The translations under genes were made by a program, and so were the position numbers. A stretch of 63,920 nt of DNA, the filler included, from Choristocarpus tenellus KU-1152 (lineage: Eukaryota; Protista; Phaeophyceae): NCBI GenBank assembly GCA_964200185.2. It is 9 parts of 9 records of this genome, joined end to end, with 100 filler letters (N's around TTAATTAATTAA, not from the genome) between each part and the next. Parts side by side here need not be neighbours in the genome. Positions count along the whole stretch, not along the records: positions 49,464 to 63,920 come from CAXNAD020001183.1; 8 more parts are not named here. One strand, written 5' to 3'. Under the pieces are notes generated by a model that was not told the DNA's origin, did no database searches, and saw nothing but the letters and a program-made list of their open reading frames with translations. How positions within the stretch are numbered: the first letter of the stretch is position 1; every line of letters starts with the position of its first letter. This document shows positions 52,025-63,738 of this stretch, piece after piece.

Positions 52025-53964
52025 CTGTATTTTCGGATAGGGTTATGATAGTATTTACATCAGTGCATATATATACATAGGTACAGTTTTTTACATGAGT
52101 ACATATTCGTACAAGTACATACTTCTATGAGTAATACCTACGTAAGCACATAATTACATCAGTAATAATACTTATATGGGTACATATTTGTATGGGTACA
52201 TAATTACATGAGTACAACAGCAGTACGTGACAAAAACTGATAATTGTTCTTGCATACAACACAAAAACAACTAGGAAGGGTTAGGGTCAGGTTTAGTCTT
52301 AGGGCTAAGGCTAGGTCAGTCCGATAGGGTTAGGGTTACAAAGGATGTGCAAAAACAAAAAGAAAGTGTTACGTGTCATGAGACAGAAGCAGTGTATGCT
52401 GTTCGAAAATAGTAGTGTGTTAGGATGCTATTTGTCTTTTCAGAGGCAAGGACAGAGCACAATGCGTTCATGTGTACTATTACAATAAATCTTACTTCTC
52501 CTAAATCGACATTGGCTACTACAGTAGAGTGAAGTAACCCTATCCCTAATCCAAAGGTGTGTGAACTAGTAAAGTAGGAACAATTTACTTTAAACCCTCC
52601 GAATGTTCACTGACCCGAGAAAAATCAAAATATCAGTAAAAAAAAAACATTCCAATGATTAATACAAAAAAAAAAATGTACACAATCTACAAGTTCATTT
52701 CAGATTAAATTATTATTAACATTTATATTATTATTATTTCAAAAGATAGAATGGTATTCATCACACAGCAGGAGACAAGACAACCCAACTTAATCAGGGC
52801 TAGGGATAGGGTTACCATTTCTCACGAGACATTCATTCAGTCACCACCAACACAGTTCTCATCACTGCTATGGCAGCGGGTAACCCTAACCCTAGCCCTA
52901 ACTGACAAATCAAGAGACATTGCTAGAAAGAAATGTCTAACAGCAGCTGCTACAAACCAAAGTACAAAAAATGTGGAATAAAAATAGTTCAACTGCCATT
53001 CAAACTGTTCCTTTCAAAACTTACATGTAGGAACAGGGATATTCTCCTTACTATTGATTCTCCGGGATGAAATGTTGGCTCATCTAACCCCTTGCCAGAG
53101 AAGCCTTTATAAACTATAGAAGTCAATTCCTTCTGGGTATCAATTTGATCAAAATTTCATCACCTCCTACTTGAAAGGGTTAGACCCTCACTACCAAGCA
53201 ACACATTCAGATTAGTATCAAGGATTTGGGTAACGGTTAGGGAAATGATATGCCATCAAGTAAGCAATACATCATTGATGTCACGACTCATCTTCCCTTC
53301 CCTAACCCTAACCCTAATGCTGACATAACTCTGCTGCTAAGGGAGGTTGATAGACCAACGCATCCAATCAGCTTAACAACACCACAATCATCACACTATG
53401 CTACTATTCAATTTGAGATTTTATTGCACTATTCATGTAACATTGTGTTGTATGATATACTGTATGTTGCTCTTTGTACCAAGTAATATTATAATATACA
53501 AGTAACCCTAACCCTAACCTCTCATCAATGAAAACAAAGTCATGTTATAATAAAAATTATACTAACAGAAATATGCATGTGTTAGTACTCTGGAGTACTT
53601 AACGTAAAAGAAGTTTCCTAACCCTAACCCTAACCCTAACTATTAACTATAACTATTAACTACCATGGTATGTGTAAACAAAAGAACTCTCAGGGGGCAT
53701 ATAGATACAAGCATACACACAAATACTTCCTAATACATAAGCTTTTAATACTTCTGACTTTTCCAAACACAGGCATGTAAACAGGTCAGGGCTCACACAG
53801 TCAGGAGTATGTAAACAAAAACCTAACCTTAAACCTAACCCTATCCCAACAACAATAACAATAGTAGTACTAAAAATCACAGGAAACGGTATAGTCCATA
53901 CTGTTGTAAAGATACCAACTATAATGTGATGTGATATGATATGATGAGATGAGATGAACAGTAC

Positions 53965-54036
53965 CTTGATTAAGGGAGATGTCCTCCACTGTGACGAGTT
54001 ATCAGACCAGGCACCTTTCCACTCACCTCTAGCTCC
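53965..54036 (-). CDS. Calpain exon
   Basis: GARGEWKGAWSDNSSQWRTSPLIK (EW.G.WSD.S..W); 72 nt, phase 0-0. Confidence 0.92.
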
Positions 54037-55164
54037 CTGTTCAAAACAAAACGGTAGAAAGGGGTGCTTAAAGATACAAATAGGCTAACCCTAACCCTAA
54101 CCCTAACCCTAATCACTTGAGGAGATCAACAAAGAAAAACATGAAAACGTGCACATCAAGTTTAGGGTTATGGCTTGAGGTTCACCGGTAAATAACAAAT
54201 TAATGTAATCTATTTTATGTTGGAAGTGTATGTACTAGAATTGATAGTGTATGTACTAGAATTGATAGTATACACTGCATAGGATTAAACCCGTTCAGAG
54301 TTTAGAGAGGGAAACTTCAACCAACCATATGAAAGAAAATTGCAATATTCAATAATAATAAAAATGAAATCAGTAGGGACACTGAAATGTTAGAACACTT
54401 GACTTGATGCAAAATATGACATTAAAGTATTAACATAAATGTAGGCGATTCTACGGACTGATTCTACAGACTCATGGTATAGGGATCGGGTTAGGGTTAG
54501 GGCTAACAATAAAACAGAATTTTGAGTTTGTCTCTTTGAAAACTGTTAGAAGATTATCTTTTAAATGTCAAATGCATGTAAAAGGGCTAGGTTTACGGGT
54601 TAAGGTCAAAATTTGAATTAAAGTTACATACGTACAATCCATCCTGCTTTCCCACAGGGGTTAGAAACAGTCAACTGTGGATGGAAATATCAAGGGTTAG
54701 GGTTAGGGTTAGAACAAAACGAACAGGAAATAAATAAATGTATGTAAAATAAGAACACGCCTGCCAAGCAAAAAATCAAATACGACCCATGAGTTAGACC
54801 TTTCTGTACCATATACAACTTTAGAGGTGTGATCACCACAAAATGAAAAGGTTAGGGTTAGGGGTAAATACAACATCACTGCAATAGTCTCCAAAAAAAA
54901 TAACAACGCTTACCCTTACCCTTACCCAAACCCTACCTAATGAGTGTACCACACCATCAGCTAACCAAACCCTACCATACTGCTAATGACAGGATACAGT
55001 ATTACAGTCTATAGAATAGGGTTGGGGTTAGTATTGATACATAGTAGTAATACAGTCTATAGAATATACTCAATTGATTTAATACATAGTGACCTTGACG
55101 TGTCACAAGAGCTATCTCTCAAGCAAACAAAACCTAACCCTATTCTTACATTAAAAAAACAATA

Positions 55165-55410
55165 ATAGAAGTAATATTAGCAGTAATAATAGTAGTAATA
55201 ATAGTACAAAATATTAGTAGTAATATTAGCAGTAATAATAGTACAAAATATTAGTAGTAATATTAGCAGTAATAATAGTACAAAATATTAGTAGTAATAT
55301 TAGCAGTAATAATAGTACAAAATATTAGTAGTACTAATATTAGCAATAATAGAAGTAATATTAGCAGTAATTATAGTAGTAATAATAGCAATAATAGTAG
55401 TAATAATCAA
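55165..55410. repeat. AT-rich minisatellite (~37-bp unit)
   Basis: AATAATAGTACAAAATATTAGTAGTAATATTAGCAGT repeated ~4 times plus degenerate copies. Confidence 0.85.
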
Positions 55411-56214
55411 ATACTTCCATTCCCGCTGTTGTGATGAAATACAGTAATATTAATAATACTATTAATAATATGAGTAGTAGTAATAATCCTGTTAGAGATG
55501 ATTCCCACTCAATCTGCAAAAAGTGCACTTTACTTAGGGTTAGGGTTACAGACTAGGGACTGTTCCTTAAGAAGGGGAATGTACCACATTGTACATCCTA
55601 TTCAATATCTCATTCCACATCTTCCCGTGCCAGATTGAAACGGTACAAACTAGGAGGCATCACAAACACTAACCCTAACCCTAACCTTCATCAAACCCTA
55701 ACCCTATTACCAGTACTACCTCTGATGGTAGTACTACTACCAACGATACTAAATTAAAAATAAATAATAAATTCTCATTACTTCCAGTCGTTTCCTATCA
55801 ACTACAAAAAATAAATACTAAATTCTCATTACTTCCAGTCGTTTCTTATCAACTACAAAAAACTACTACAAAAATAAATACAAAAATAATTTCAAATTTA
55901 TCCTGGATTTCCAACCCTAACCGTATCAATCTCGTACATACAGTATATCTGTATCTCAAATCACAACCCAATCAATCTCATCGATTGTTATGGCTTCACA
56001 CGCACACGCACACACACACACACACACACAAGACATGGGACAAAGCATCAACAACACCATCTAGCAAATACCAATAATCAAAATTGACATTAAAACAAGG
56101 TTAGGGTTAGGGTTAGGGACCACCAGAGCAAGAGGGAAACAAACATATGAAGAGCAAACATGATTATCCAATCACAACCAAGGCACTCTCTGTCCTCAAA
56201 ATGTACAACATATA

Positions 56215-56420
56215 ATAGTAATGTATAATGAATAATTTGCAATAATAATGAATAATGTATAATGAATAATTGTATAATGAATAATTTGCAATAATAATGA
56301 ATAATGTATAATGTATAATTGTATAATGAATCATTTGCAATAATAATGAATTATGTATAATGTATAATTGTATAATGAATAATTTGCAATAATAATGAAT
56401 AATGCACAATGTATAATAGA
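56215..56420. repeat. AT-rich tandem repeat (TGTATAATGAATAATTTGCAATAATAA-like)
   Basis: Degenerate tandem units continuing after the MITE at 56669. Confidence 0.8.
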
Positions 56421-56429
56421 AATGTAAAA

Positions 56430-56668
56430 GAGTCGAAGTATCTAAGAGGGTAGAGTTGTGTCCATTTGGGGTCCAAATCCAATGTTGCAATTTTGATGTA
56501 ATTTTGGATATCGTGTTTGTTAGGAAGTGTCACACCTTTTCATAACGTATACATTTACCTTCTCCGAAATATTTTGGAGTAGAAAAATGTCATTAAAAAC
56601 CCCGAGGGAAGTCAAGCCATAAATGGACAAACAAGGCAAAACTCGTACCCTCTAAGATACTTTCACTC
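56430..56668 (-). mobile_element. MITE family A
   Basis: GAGTCGAAGTATCTAAGAGGGTAG ... TACCCTCTAAGATACTTTCACTC; flanked by AAAA on both sides. Confidence 0.88.
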
Positions 56669-56803
56669 AAAATGAATAATTTATAATAATAATGAGTAAT
56701 GAATAATGTACAATAGTATTTATAATGTGCAATACAACAGGTGCACCAAACCACAATTACAATCACCCTAATTCTAACCCTAACCCTAACTCTCCCCTCT
56801 CAC

Positions 56804-56908
56804 CCAAGGATTTCTCATCTGTATAAGCTTTTGTCCATGAAGCTCCACACATCGCAGGAGGGAGTATGAGTGTAACTCAATTAGACCATCATTGCGCTGG
56901 GCTTCTAG
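56804..56908 (-). CDS. Calpain exon with catalytic His and Asn
   Basis: LEAQRNDGLIELHSYSLLRCVELHGQKLIQMRNPW; TTCAG / GTGAGA sites. Confidence 0.93.
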
Positions 56909-57458
56909 CTGAACAATAAATAAAATTAATAAAGAAATACAATGGAGGAGGTTATGACATGTTTCAGCACAATGAATGCACGGTTTTGGCTGTGTGCAAC
57001 ACTAAGTCTATTTCATTGGTCTAATTTTGTCTGTGCAGCTTGGGGATTATAGCAACAGTAGCATGTTTCAAACAATTGCATGGGTATGCATAGGACTATG
57101 ACAGGGCTAGGGTTAGGGTTAAAGTACTGTCAAGAATAAAAAGAAAAAAAGAACCTTGCAATTGCACAACCTAATCCTAACCCTAACCCTAAGATGGAAA
57201 CAGTACAGTGAATAACCCTAACCCTAGCCCTAACAGAAGAGGCGCAGGGTAGTATTTAGTGATAGATAGAGTGCATGCTCCTACAAATGGCCAACAAATT
57301 TGTCAACTCAAGCCTAACCCTAACCCTAACCCTAAGGGAGTACAGCATCAAACAAAAAGAGAGGCCTATCAATGGCTCATGGCATGCAGCTCATGACACA
57401 CAAACAACATAGACCTAACCCTAACCCTAACCCTAACCGATATACTCCTACAGTATGT

Positions 57459-57903
57459 GAGTCAAAGTATCTTAGTATCTTAGGGTTAGGGTAGAGTCAC
57501 GTCCGTTTGGAGGTCAAAATCCAAGGTTGCGATCTTGATGTAATTTTGGCTATCGTGTTTGTTAGGAATTGTCAATATCCATCTTCCGGGCATACCTTTT
57601 CATCGTAATGTATACACTTCACCTGGTCCTAAAAACGTTTGAGTTCGAAAATGCCATTAAAAACCCATGGAAGTCAATCTCCAAATGGACAAACAGGGCA
57701 AACCTTGTACCCTCTGAAATACTTTCACTGTTAGTAAGTGCCAATATCCTTGTTCCAGAAACACCTTTCCATGAAGTGTACATTTTACCTACTCCTAAAC
57801 ATTTCCAAGTAGGTAAAATGTCATTATAAAAAGCGTGGGAAGCCAAGCCCCAAACGGATAAACAGGGCAAAATTGGTACCCTAACCCTAACATACTTTCA
57901 CTC
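57459..57903 (-). mobile_element. MITE family A full copy (57459-57730) plus partial tandem copy (57737-57903)
   Basis: Both align to the family A consensus; the outer termini carry telomeric insertions. Confidence 0.85.
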
Positions 57904-58040
57904 TATAACTCCAGCGAAGATACTTTCACTCTAACTCTAGCTAAGATACTTTCACTTTGACTCTAGCTAAGATACTTTCACTCTAACTCTAGCTAAGATA
58001 CTATCACTCTAACTCTAGCTAAGATACTAACCCTAACCCT
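57892..58040. repeat. 26-bp minisatellite derived from a MITE terminus
   Basis: GATACTTTCACTCTAACTCTAGCTAA x~5, ending in CTAACCCTAACCCT. Confidence 0.9.
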
Positions 58041-58428
58041 ATAGTTGTATGAATACTCCTATGAAAGAATGATACTTGAGATTGTTGACTATAGTAAGTA
58101 ATGGTAGAAACGGTCTTCAGACTTCCAGTAGTCCTAGTGATGGCAATAACAATAGTGATGCATTCCTCCAATACATAGTGAATGTAGTATCAGCATCACA
58201 AAACCACAATAATAATGGGTGCAAAGGCTAACCCTAACCCTAACCCTAACCCAAGCAACACGCTCGATTGTATCAATACCTCTAAGATACTATCACCTTA
58301 GGGATAGGGTTAGGGTTCTTTGTGCAATGCCATCGATAAAAGAAATAAGAATAATAAGAACAATAACAATAAGAACAATGGTGGTGGTACTATGATGGAT
58401 TGATAAATATGTTGGAGGGGTTATTTAC

Positions 58429-58507
58429 CTTGTTGCCTGCGATGCTACAGCACATGGCACCCTTCTGACCCGATGAGTATGCTAGTAAAATATTCCAGAA
58501 CTTTTTC
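58429..58507 (-). CDS. Calpain exon
   Basis: KKFWNILLAYSSGQKGAMCCSIAGNK; phase 2 to 0, consistent with neighbours. Confidence 0.85.
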
Positions 58508-59731
58508 CTGACATCAAACACAACAAGTGAATAACCGTCTCAAATATAATAGTTAAATCATTGCAAGAGTAAAAAATGCACTATCAATATAGTCAAAAAG
58601 GTCAAGGTCCAGGTACAAAGTACAAAATGATGATTATGTACTGCGAATGGATATTAAAAAAAGATAGGGTTAGGGTTATAGGTCAGAACAATAGTAATAG
58701 AGCAACCCTAAGAAAGGTATTGAATTTATTAAGCCATGTACACGTTAGGGTTAGGTAACCCTAACAAAGGTATTGAAATAAGCCATGTACACATTTCAAA
58801 TATGTTATAAAATTAGGGATTTGACACTAACTCTTCCACTAGGAAAAAAAATCAAAAGAAGTAATGTTGCTTTGACCTTAAACCTTTACAGAAAGAAACA
58901 GGTGGAAAAAATATGAAATAGCAAGAAAATAGAGACTCATCTCATTTACCTTAGGACCACACTATACACCCTATACACTATAAACACTATACATACTATG
59001 CCAATAGAAACTGGAAATATTATACAATAGGGTCAGGGATGTCTACTCTGAACTCTTGGTTGCTTCCAACTATCCACAGTGCTACATTGGTCGGCTATAA
59101 AGTAATGTGATGTGTATCAATGAGAATCAAATACTAGTAATTAGAATATATCACATCAAGCACCAAGGCAAGAAATGTCCTCTCCAACAAATAGCAGTTG
59201 GGAGGTGGGACGTGATATCACTCCTTTAGCCTAACCCTAACCCTAAGCCCACCCACAGCAAACCACAACAGTAGCAATTACAACAGCAATTCACAAAACA
59301 ATAATGATGATAACAACACTAACCCTAGCCCTAATTAAAACAACAAAGCATTAGTAATAATATTAATAAGAATGATAACACTAACACTAACCCCAACTAT
59401 GTAACCCAAATAACAACAAATACATTCACCAATCTAGAAATATGGATGCCAAGGTTGCAGGGTAAATTTTTCAAGTTGTCAATTTGTCAAGTCAGCCATT
59501 GGTAACCACCATGAGACACACTTATTTTATATTATCGACATTTACCCCATCATATCTTCCCCCTTAACCCTAACCCTAACCCTCTGCTGTGCAAAAAAAC
59601 AATACATTTTGGTATCTACCCTCCCTTCATCCCTAACCCTATCGCTAATCTCAACACAAATTTTAAAAAGCCGAAACAGATAATTAAAAAAAAACGATAT
59701 CACACCCTAACCCCAAGATAACACTCCTCAC

Positions 59732-59851
59732 CCTTCGTGGACTTCATTGGTCTTGATAGTTGAGGCACCCCGAATGTCTTCAGAGGTAGGCTTGAAACAA
59801 AATTCATAACGCCTCCACGAACCCTCCTCGCCACCTCCTGCGGTGGAACGC
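59732..59851 (-). CDS. Calpain exon (insert region of CysPc)
   Basis: RSTAGGGEEGSWRRYEFCFKPTSEDIRGASTIKTNEVHEG; TTGCAG / GTGAGG, phase 2-2. Confidence 0.8.
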
Positions 59852-60503
59852 CTGCAACAAAAAAGAGTGGAAAACTCTCTCAAGACAATTCATTGGTCGT
59901 CTCTTCAGATGCCGTTGAAATGAAAAGAATAGTATTAATAGAGCCGGTGCACTACAACTGTGTGGCGTTAGGGTTAGGGTTAGGGTAGGGTTATAGTCAT
60001 ACTTCATACTCGAGACATTTTGACACCTCTATAGGCGGTGGTGTTGGAGGGTGATAGAGTTGACAGATGTTGACAGACTGCGGCCAGGTATCGTTGTTGA
60101 TGAAAAAAAGATAACTGAAAAATAGTGTGCATGAAACCCTAACTTCCAATCTACTGTTACATTAATCATACTTTTGACTTAGGGTTAGGGTTATAGATCG
60201 GCTTGTCCAAGTGAAGTGATTAGAGAAATAGCAACCCAATGAAAGGGTTAGGGTTAGGGTTAGTATACGTAGCTCAGACGTATCTGTCCAGTAGAGTGCT
60301 GACATTATATATAGCCAGTGCAAATAATGCATTGAAGAAAGGGCACCTCTATTATTTATAGTAAACACTTCAGTTACAAGCAGTTACAAACTAGTGAAAC
60401 ACTTATGATGTCATCCACGCTATAGCTAACCCTAACCCTAAGCCACTACAAACACAGAACACGCTGACCCTAACCCTAATCTCAACCCATTTAATGTTCT
60501 CAC

Positions 60504-60590
60504 CTGAAAGTGAAGACGTTGTTGCCAGTCAGCACCTTCAATCCCCAAGCCTCAAACCCTCCAGAGATGGCAGAGTAGCTTCCACAGTAC
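60504..60590 (-). CDS. Calpain exon
   Basis: YCGSYSAISGGFEAWGLKVLTGNNVFTF (GSY..l.GG....LTG). Confidence 0.92.
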
Positions 60591-61665
60591 CTTGATTTTT
60601 CATTTTTTTGTTAAACAGTAAGAGAGTCGATGAAAGTATCGACTATTAACTCTTTAGATTCATAATAATTTAACTGTCATACAAAGTTTTCAATGTCCTG
60701 TACATAGGTTAGGGCTAGAGACAGGATTAGGGTTAGGGAGGGTGCACATCACCCTTGAATTTTTTTTTGAAAGAGTACTGTCAAGAGATAAAAGAAAAAA
60801 TATTATGGGAAAGAATGCAAGCAGGAACATAACAAGGGTTAGGATTAGGGTTAGGGTTCGGGCTAAGGGTTCGGGCTAAGGATGCTGAACAAAAGAGATC
60901 TGCAATGATGGTTAGGGTTAGGGTTAGGGTTAGTAATCAGACAACTGAAATGAAATAGAAAAAAGATAACACGATCCAATTCCAACCCTAACCCTTAGAC
61001 CACAATGGAGTGAGCTGCCATGTACTGCACTGTCCTTGATAGGTACTAACTCCTGTACTGATAGGTACGTTATGCTCCAGGTACTAAAAATGTTTTTAAA
61101 TAGTAACCTTAACCTTAACCCAGCACACAATTCACGCACTGGACAACACATCTCAACCAAAATCAAACATATCATGCCCCCGCTACGTCCTATCTCTGGC
61201 TGGACTAGGGCTACCCTAACCCTAACCCTAACCCTAAAGCATTCTCCAATCTGTTTGACGTAAAGGGAGGTCATTGTTCTATTGCACTTGCATCAAAAGT
61301 AGTGACAACTTAACACACACAACACACCACATAAACCCTAACCCTAACCCGTAAATTAACACACACAACACAGAATAAACACAGAATAAACCATACTTAC
61401 ATAGCAACAAACTCCACTTGCAACAACAGAACGGATGACATGAACCATGGCATATAAGCTAACCCTAACCCTAACCCTAACCCTAACCCTAAGTCAATTT
61501 AACAACAGAACACCATAACAAACCAGTTGCATGGAAAAAGCTTAAAGCCCAAAGTAGTATATAACCTACAAACAAGATGAACATGCAATATGAAACAAAA
61601 AAAAATTCGCACACATCACACATCACACATCATACAGGAACAAATGCTTGCACCCTCTCACTGAC

Positions 61666-61821
61666 TTGGCAAAGGCCTTCTCCAGCAGGATCACCCACAG
61701 CTCATTCCCGTTAGGCTTGGCAAAGATAGGGTTGTCGTTTCTTGTAGGTATCCGATCGTCTATCACAAAAGTACGCCATCCATCTTTGGTGATGTCAAAC
61801 AGTCGAACCTTGTACTTGCCC
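61666..61821 (-). CDS. Calpain (peptidase C2) exon; upstream exons with catalytic Cys not found in the window
   Basis: GKYKVRLFDITKDGWRTFVIDDRIP...PIFAKPNGNELWVILLEKAFAK. Confidence 0.93.
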
Positions 61822-62209
61822 CTACCATAGTAATAGTACACACAGTCAATGATATCGTTGTCAAATTGGTATGATGATGGTGTGTGAAGTAATTTTTAGT
61901 AGGTTTAGGTTTAGGTTTAGGGTTAGGTTTAGGGTTAGGTTTAGGGTTAGGTTAACCCTAACCCTAAGTAATATTTAGTGGTGACGGGGCTAAAAGAGAA
62001 CTTGGTCCTAACAATAATAACTATAATAAAATAAAAACAATATGCCCTTCTTGCGTACTTTGAAGTGTCTGTCCTGCAAAAAAAATGATGTGTTGAGGAA
62101 CTGTTGAAAAAGAGTTATTTGATACATAAATATTGTTCTAACCAAAAACATCCCAAGTACTGAATACAATGTTTATGATAGCAATTGATCAAAAGAATGC
62201 CTTGAGCGC

Positions 62210-62356
62210 TATAAAAAAAGGTATAGTGATGAGATTGTTGAAAAAAGGTACAGTGATGAGAGTGTTGAGAAAAAGATAGTGATTAGAGTGTTGGAAAAAA
62301 TATATAGTGATGAGAGTGTTGAAAAAGGTACAGCAATGAGAGTGCTGAAAAAAAAA
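62210..62356. repeat. ~27-bp degenerate minisatellite
   Basis: AAAAAAGGTA(T/C)AGTGATGAGAGTGTTG x~5. Confidence 0.8.
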
Positions 62357-62544
62357 GCACTGATTTGAGCAAAAGTTACTATTGTATTAAGATTAGGGAT
62401 AGGTAACTCTCTACCACAGTTTGAGCTTAAGTGGGGAGCATCAATTATTAGTGCTAGTGGTAAGGTGGGTTAGGGTTAGGTTGACAGTGAGTAGTCAAGG
62501 AAACAGTTGAGTTTGGGGGGTATCAACATGCAATAGCAACATAT

Positions 62545-62804
62545 GAGTGAAAGTATCTTAGAGGGTACGAATTTTGCCCTGTTTGTCCATTTGGGGCTTG
62601 GCTTCCCATGTATTTTTTTAATGACATTTTCCTACTCAAAAATGTTTATGAGTAGGTGAAATGTGTATGTTATGAAAAGGTGTTTCCGAAACATAGATAT
62701 TGACAATTCCTAACAAACACAATAGCCAAAATTACATCAAAATCGCAATATTGGATTTTGACCCCCAAATGGACGCGGCTCTACCCTCTGAGATACTTTG
62801 GCTC
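62545..62804 (+). mobile_element. MITE family A
   Basis: TIRs GAGTGAAAGTATCTTAGAGGGTA / TACCCTCTGAGATACTTTGGCTC. Confidence 0.9.
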
Positions 62805-63373
62805 ACCACTACACTTTCTATTGATGTCATGCTTCCATAACCCATTTTACACATATTCACTATACCCTCACGAAATAAATACAGTATTATGCACTATGCA
62901 CTGTAGTATTGCCCTCTGTGTGCATGCAAGATTGATATCCGCATCTGCGTGGGGGGGTAGAGTAGCCTAGCTCCTCCTTCAGTCCAGATACATTCAAAGT
63001 CCTGAAAATAACTTCCCTGCAACACCTATGCTGCACTCCAATCCCCCCTCCATCTGCACCACCCAATTCCCCCACAACTCATCGTCCCCACTTGGCTCAA
63101 CCCTTCCAACCTCTATCATCTGTGTGAAATTCAGTTGTGTGGTGAACAAGTTGCAGGAACTTAACCCCATGGTGCCTGTTAGGGTGGTCCAGGGCGCTCT
63201 GACTGAGGCAACTAAGTGCGCACAGTGTGGTGGTGTTTTGTGGACAGCCACCAGAGGACACCATACGATGGGATACGTTCTGCCATGAGAAGGTTTGTGG
63301 AGTGGTATTGGTGCCCATTGTATGTGCTTATCTTTGAGGCGTTTTCGGAGGATGAATAGCAACACACGCACAT

Positions 63374-63630
63374 GAGTGAAATTATCTTAGAGGGTACGAG
63401 TTTCGCCCTGTTTGTCCATTTGGGGCTTGGCTTCCCTCGGGGATTTTATTACATTTTCCTACTCCAGAATATTTTGAAGTAGGTAAAATGTATATGTTAT
63501 GAAAAGGTGTATCTGGAACAAGGAAATTGACACTTCCTAACAAACACGATAACCAAAATTATATCGAAATTGCAACATTGGATCTTGGGATTAAATGGAC
63601 GCGGATCTACCCTCCAAGATACTTTGGCTT
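63374..63630 (+). mobile_element. MITE family A with TSD
   Basis: Same TIRs; 4-bp TSD ACAT on both sides. Confidence 0.92.
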
Positions 63631-63738
63631 ACATATGCTTGTGTGCGTATCACTCTGCTAAACCCGTTCACACAGCAAGTTGGTGTGTCATGACCGTACA
63701 CACACGACATGTAAGCCCTCATGTGCACATGAGAAGGA

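Larger units (their letters stand above)
51013..62481. repeat. Dense field of short interstitial telomeric tracts (TTAGGG/CCCTAA, 2-6 units)
   Basis: About 50 tracts by eye in both orientations, e.g. 53617-53640, 54085-54111, 57414-57438, 59968-59992, 61459-61492; none inside coding exons. Confidence 0.93.

Noticed and set aside
51013-62481. True chromosome end or telomere
   Set aside because: Tracts are short, in both orientations and interleaved with exons of an intact gene; there is no long terminal array.
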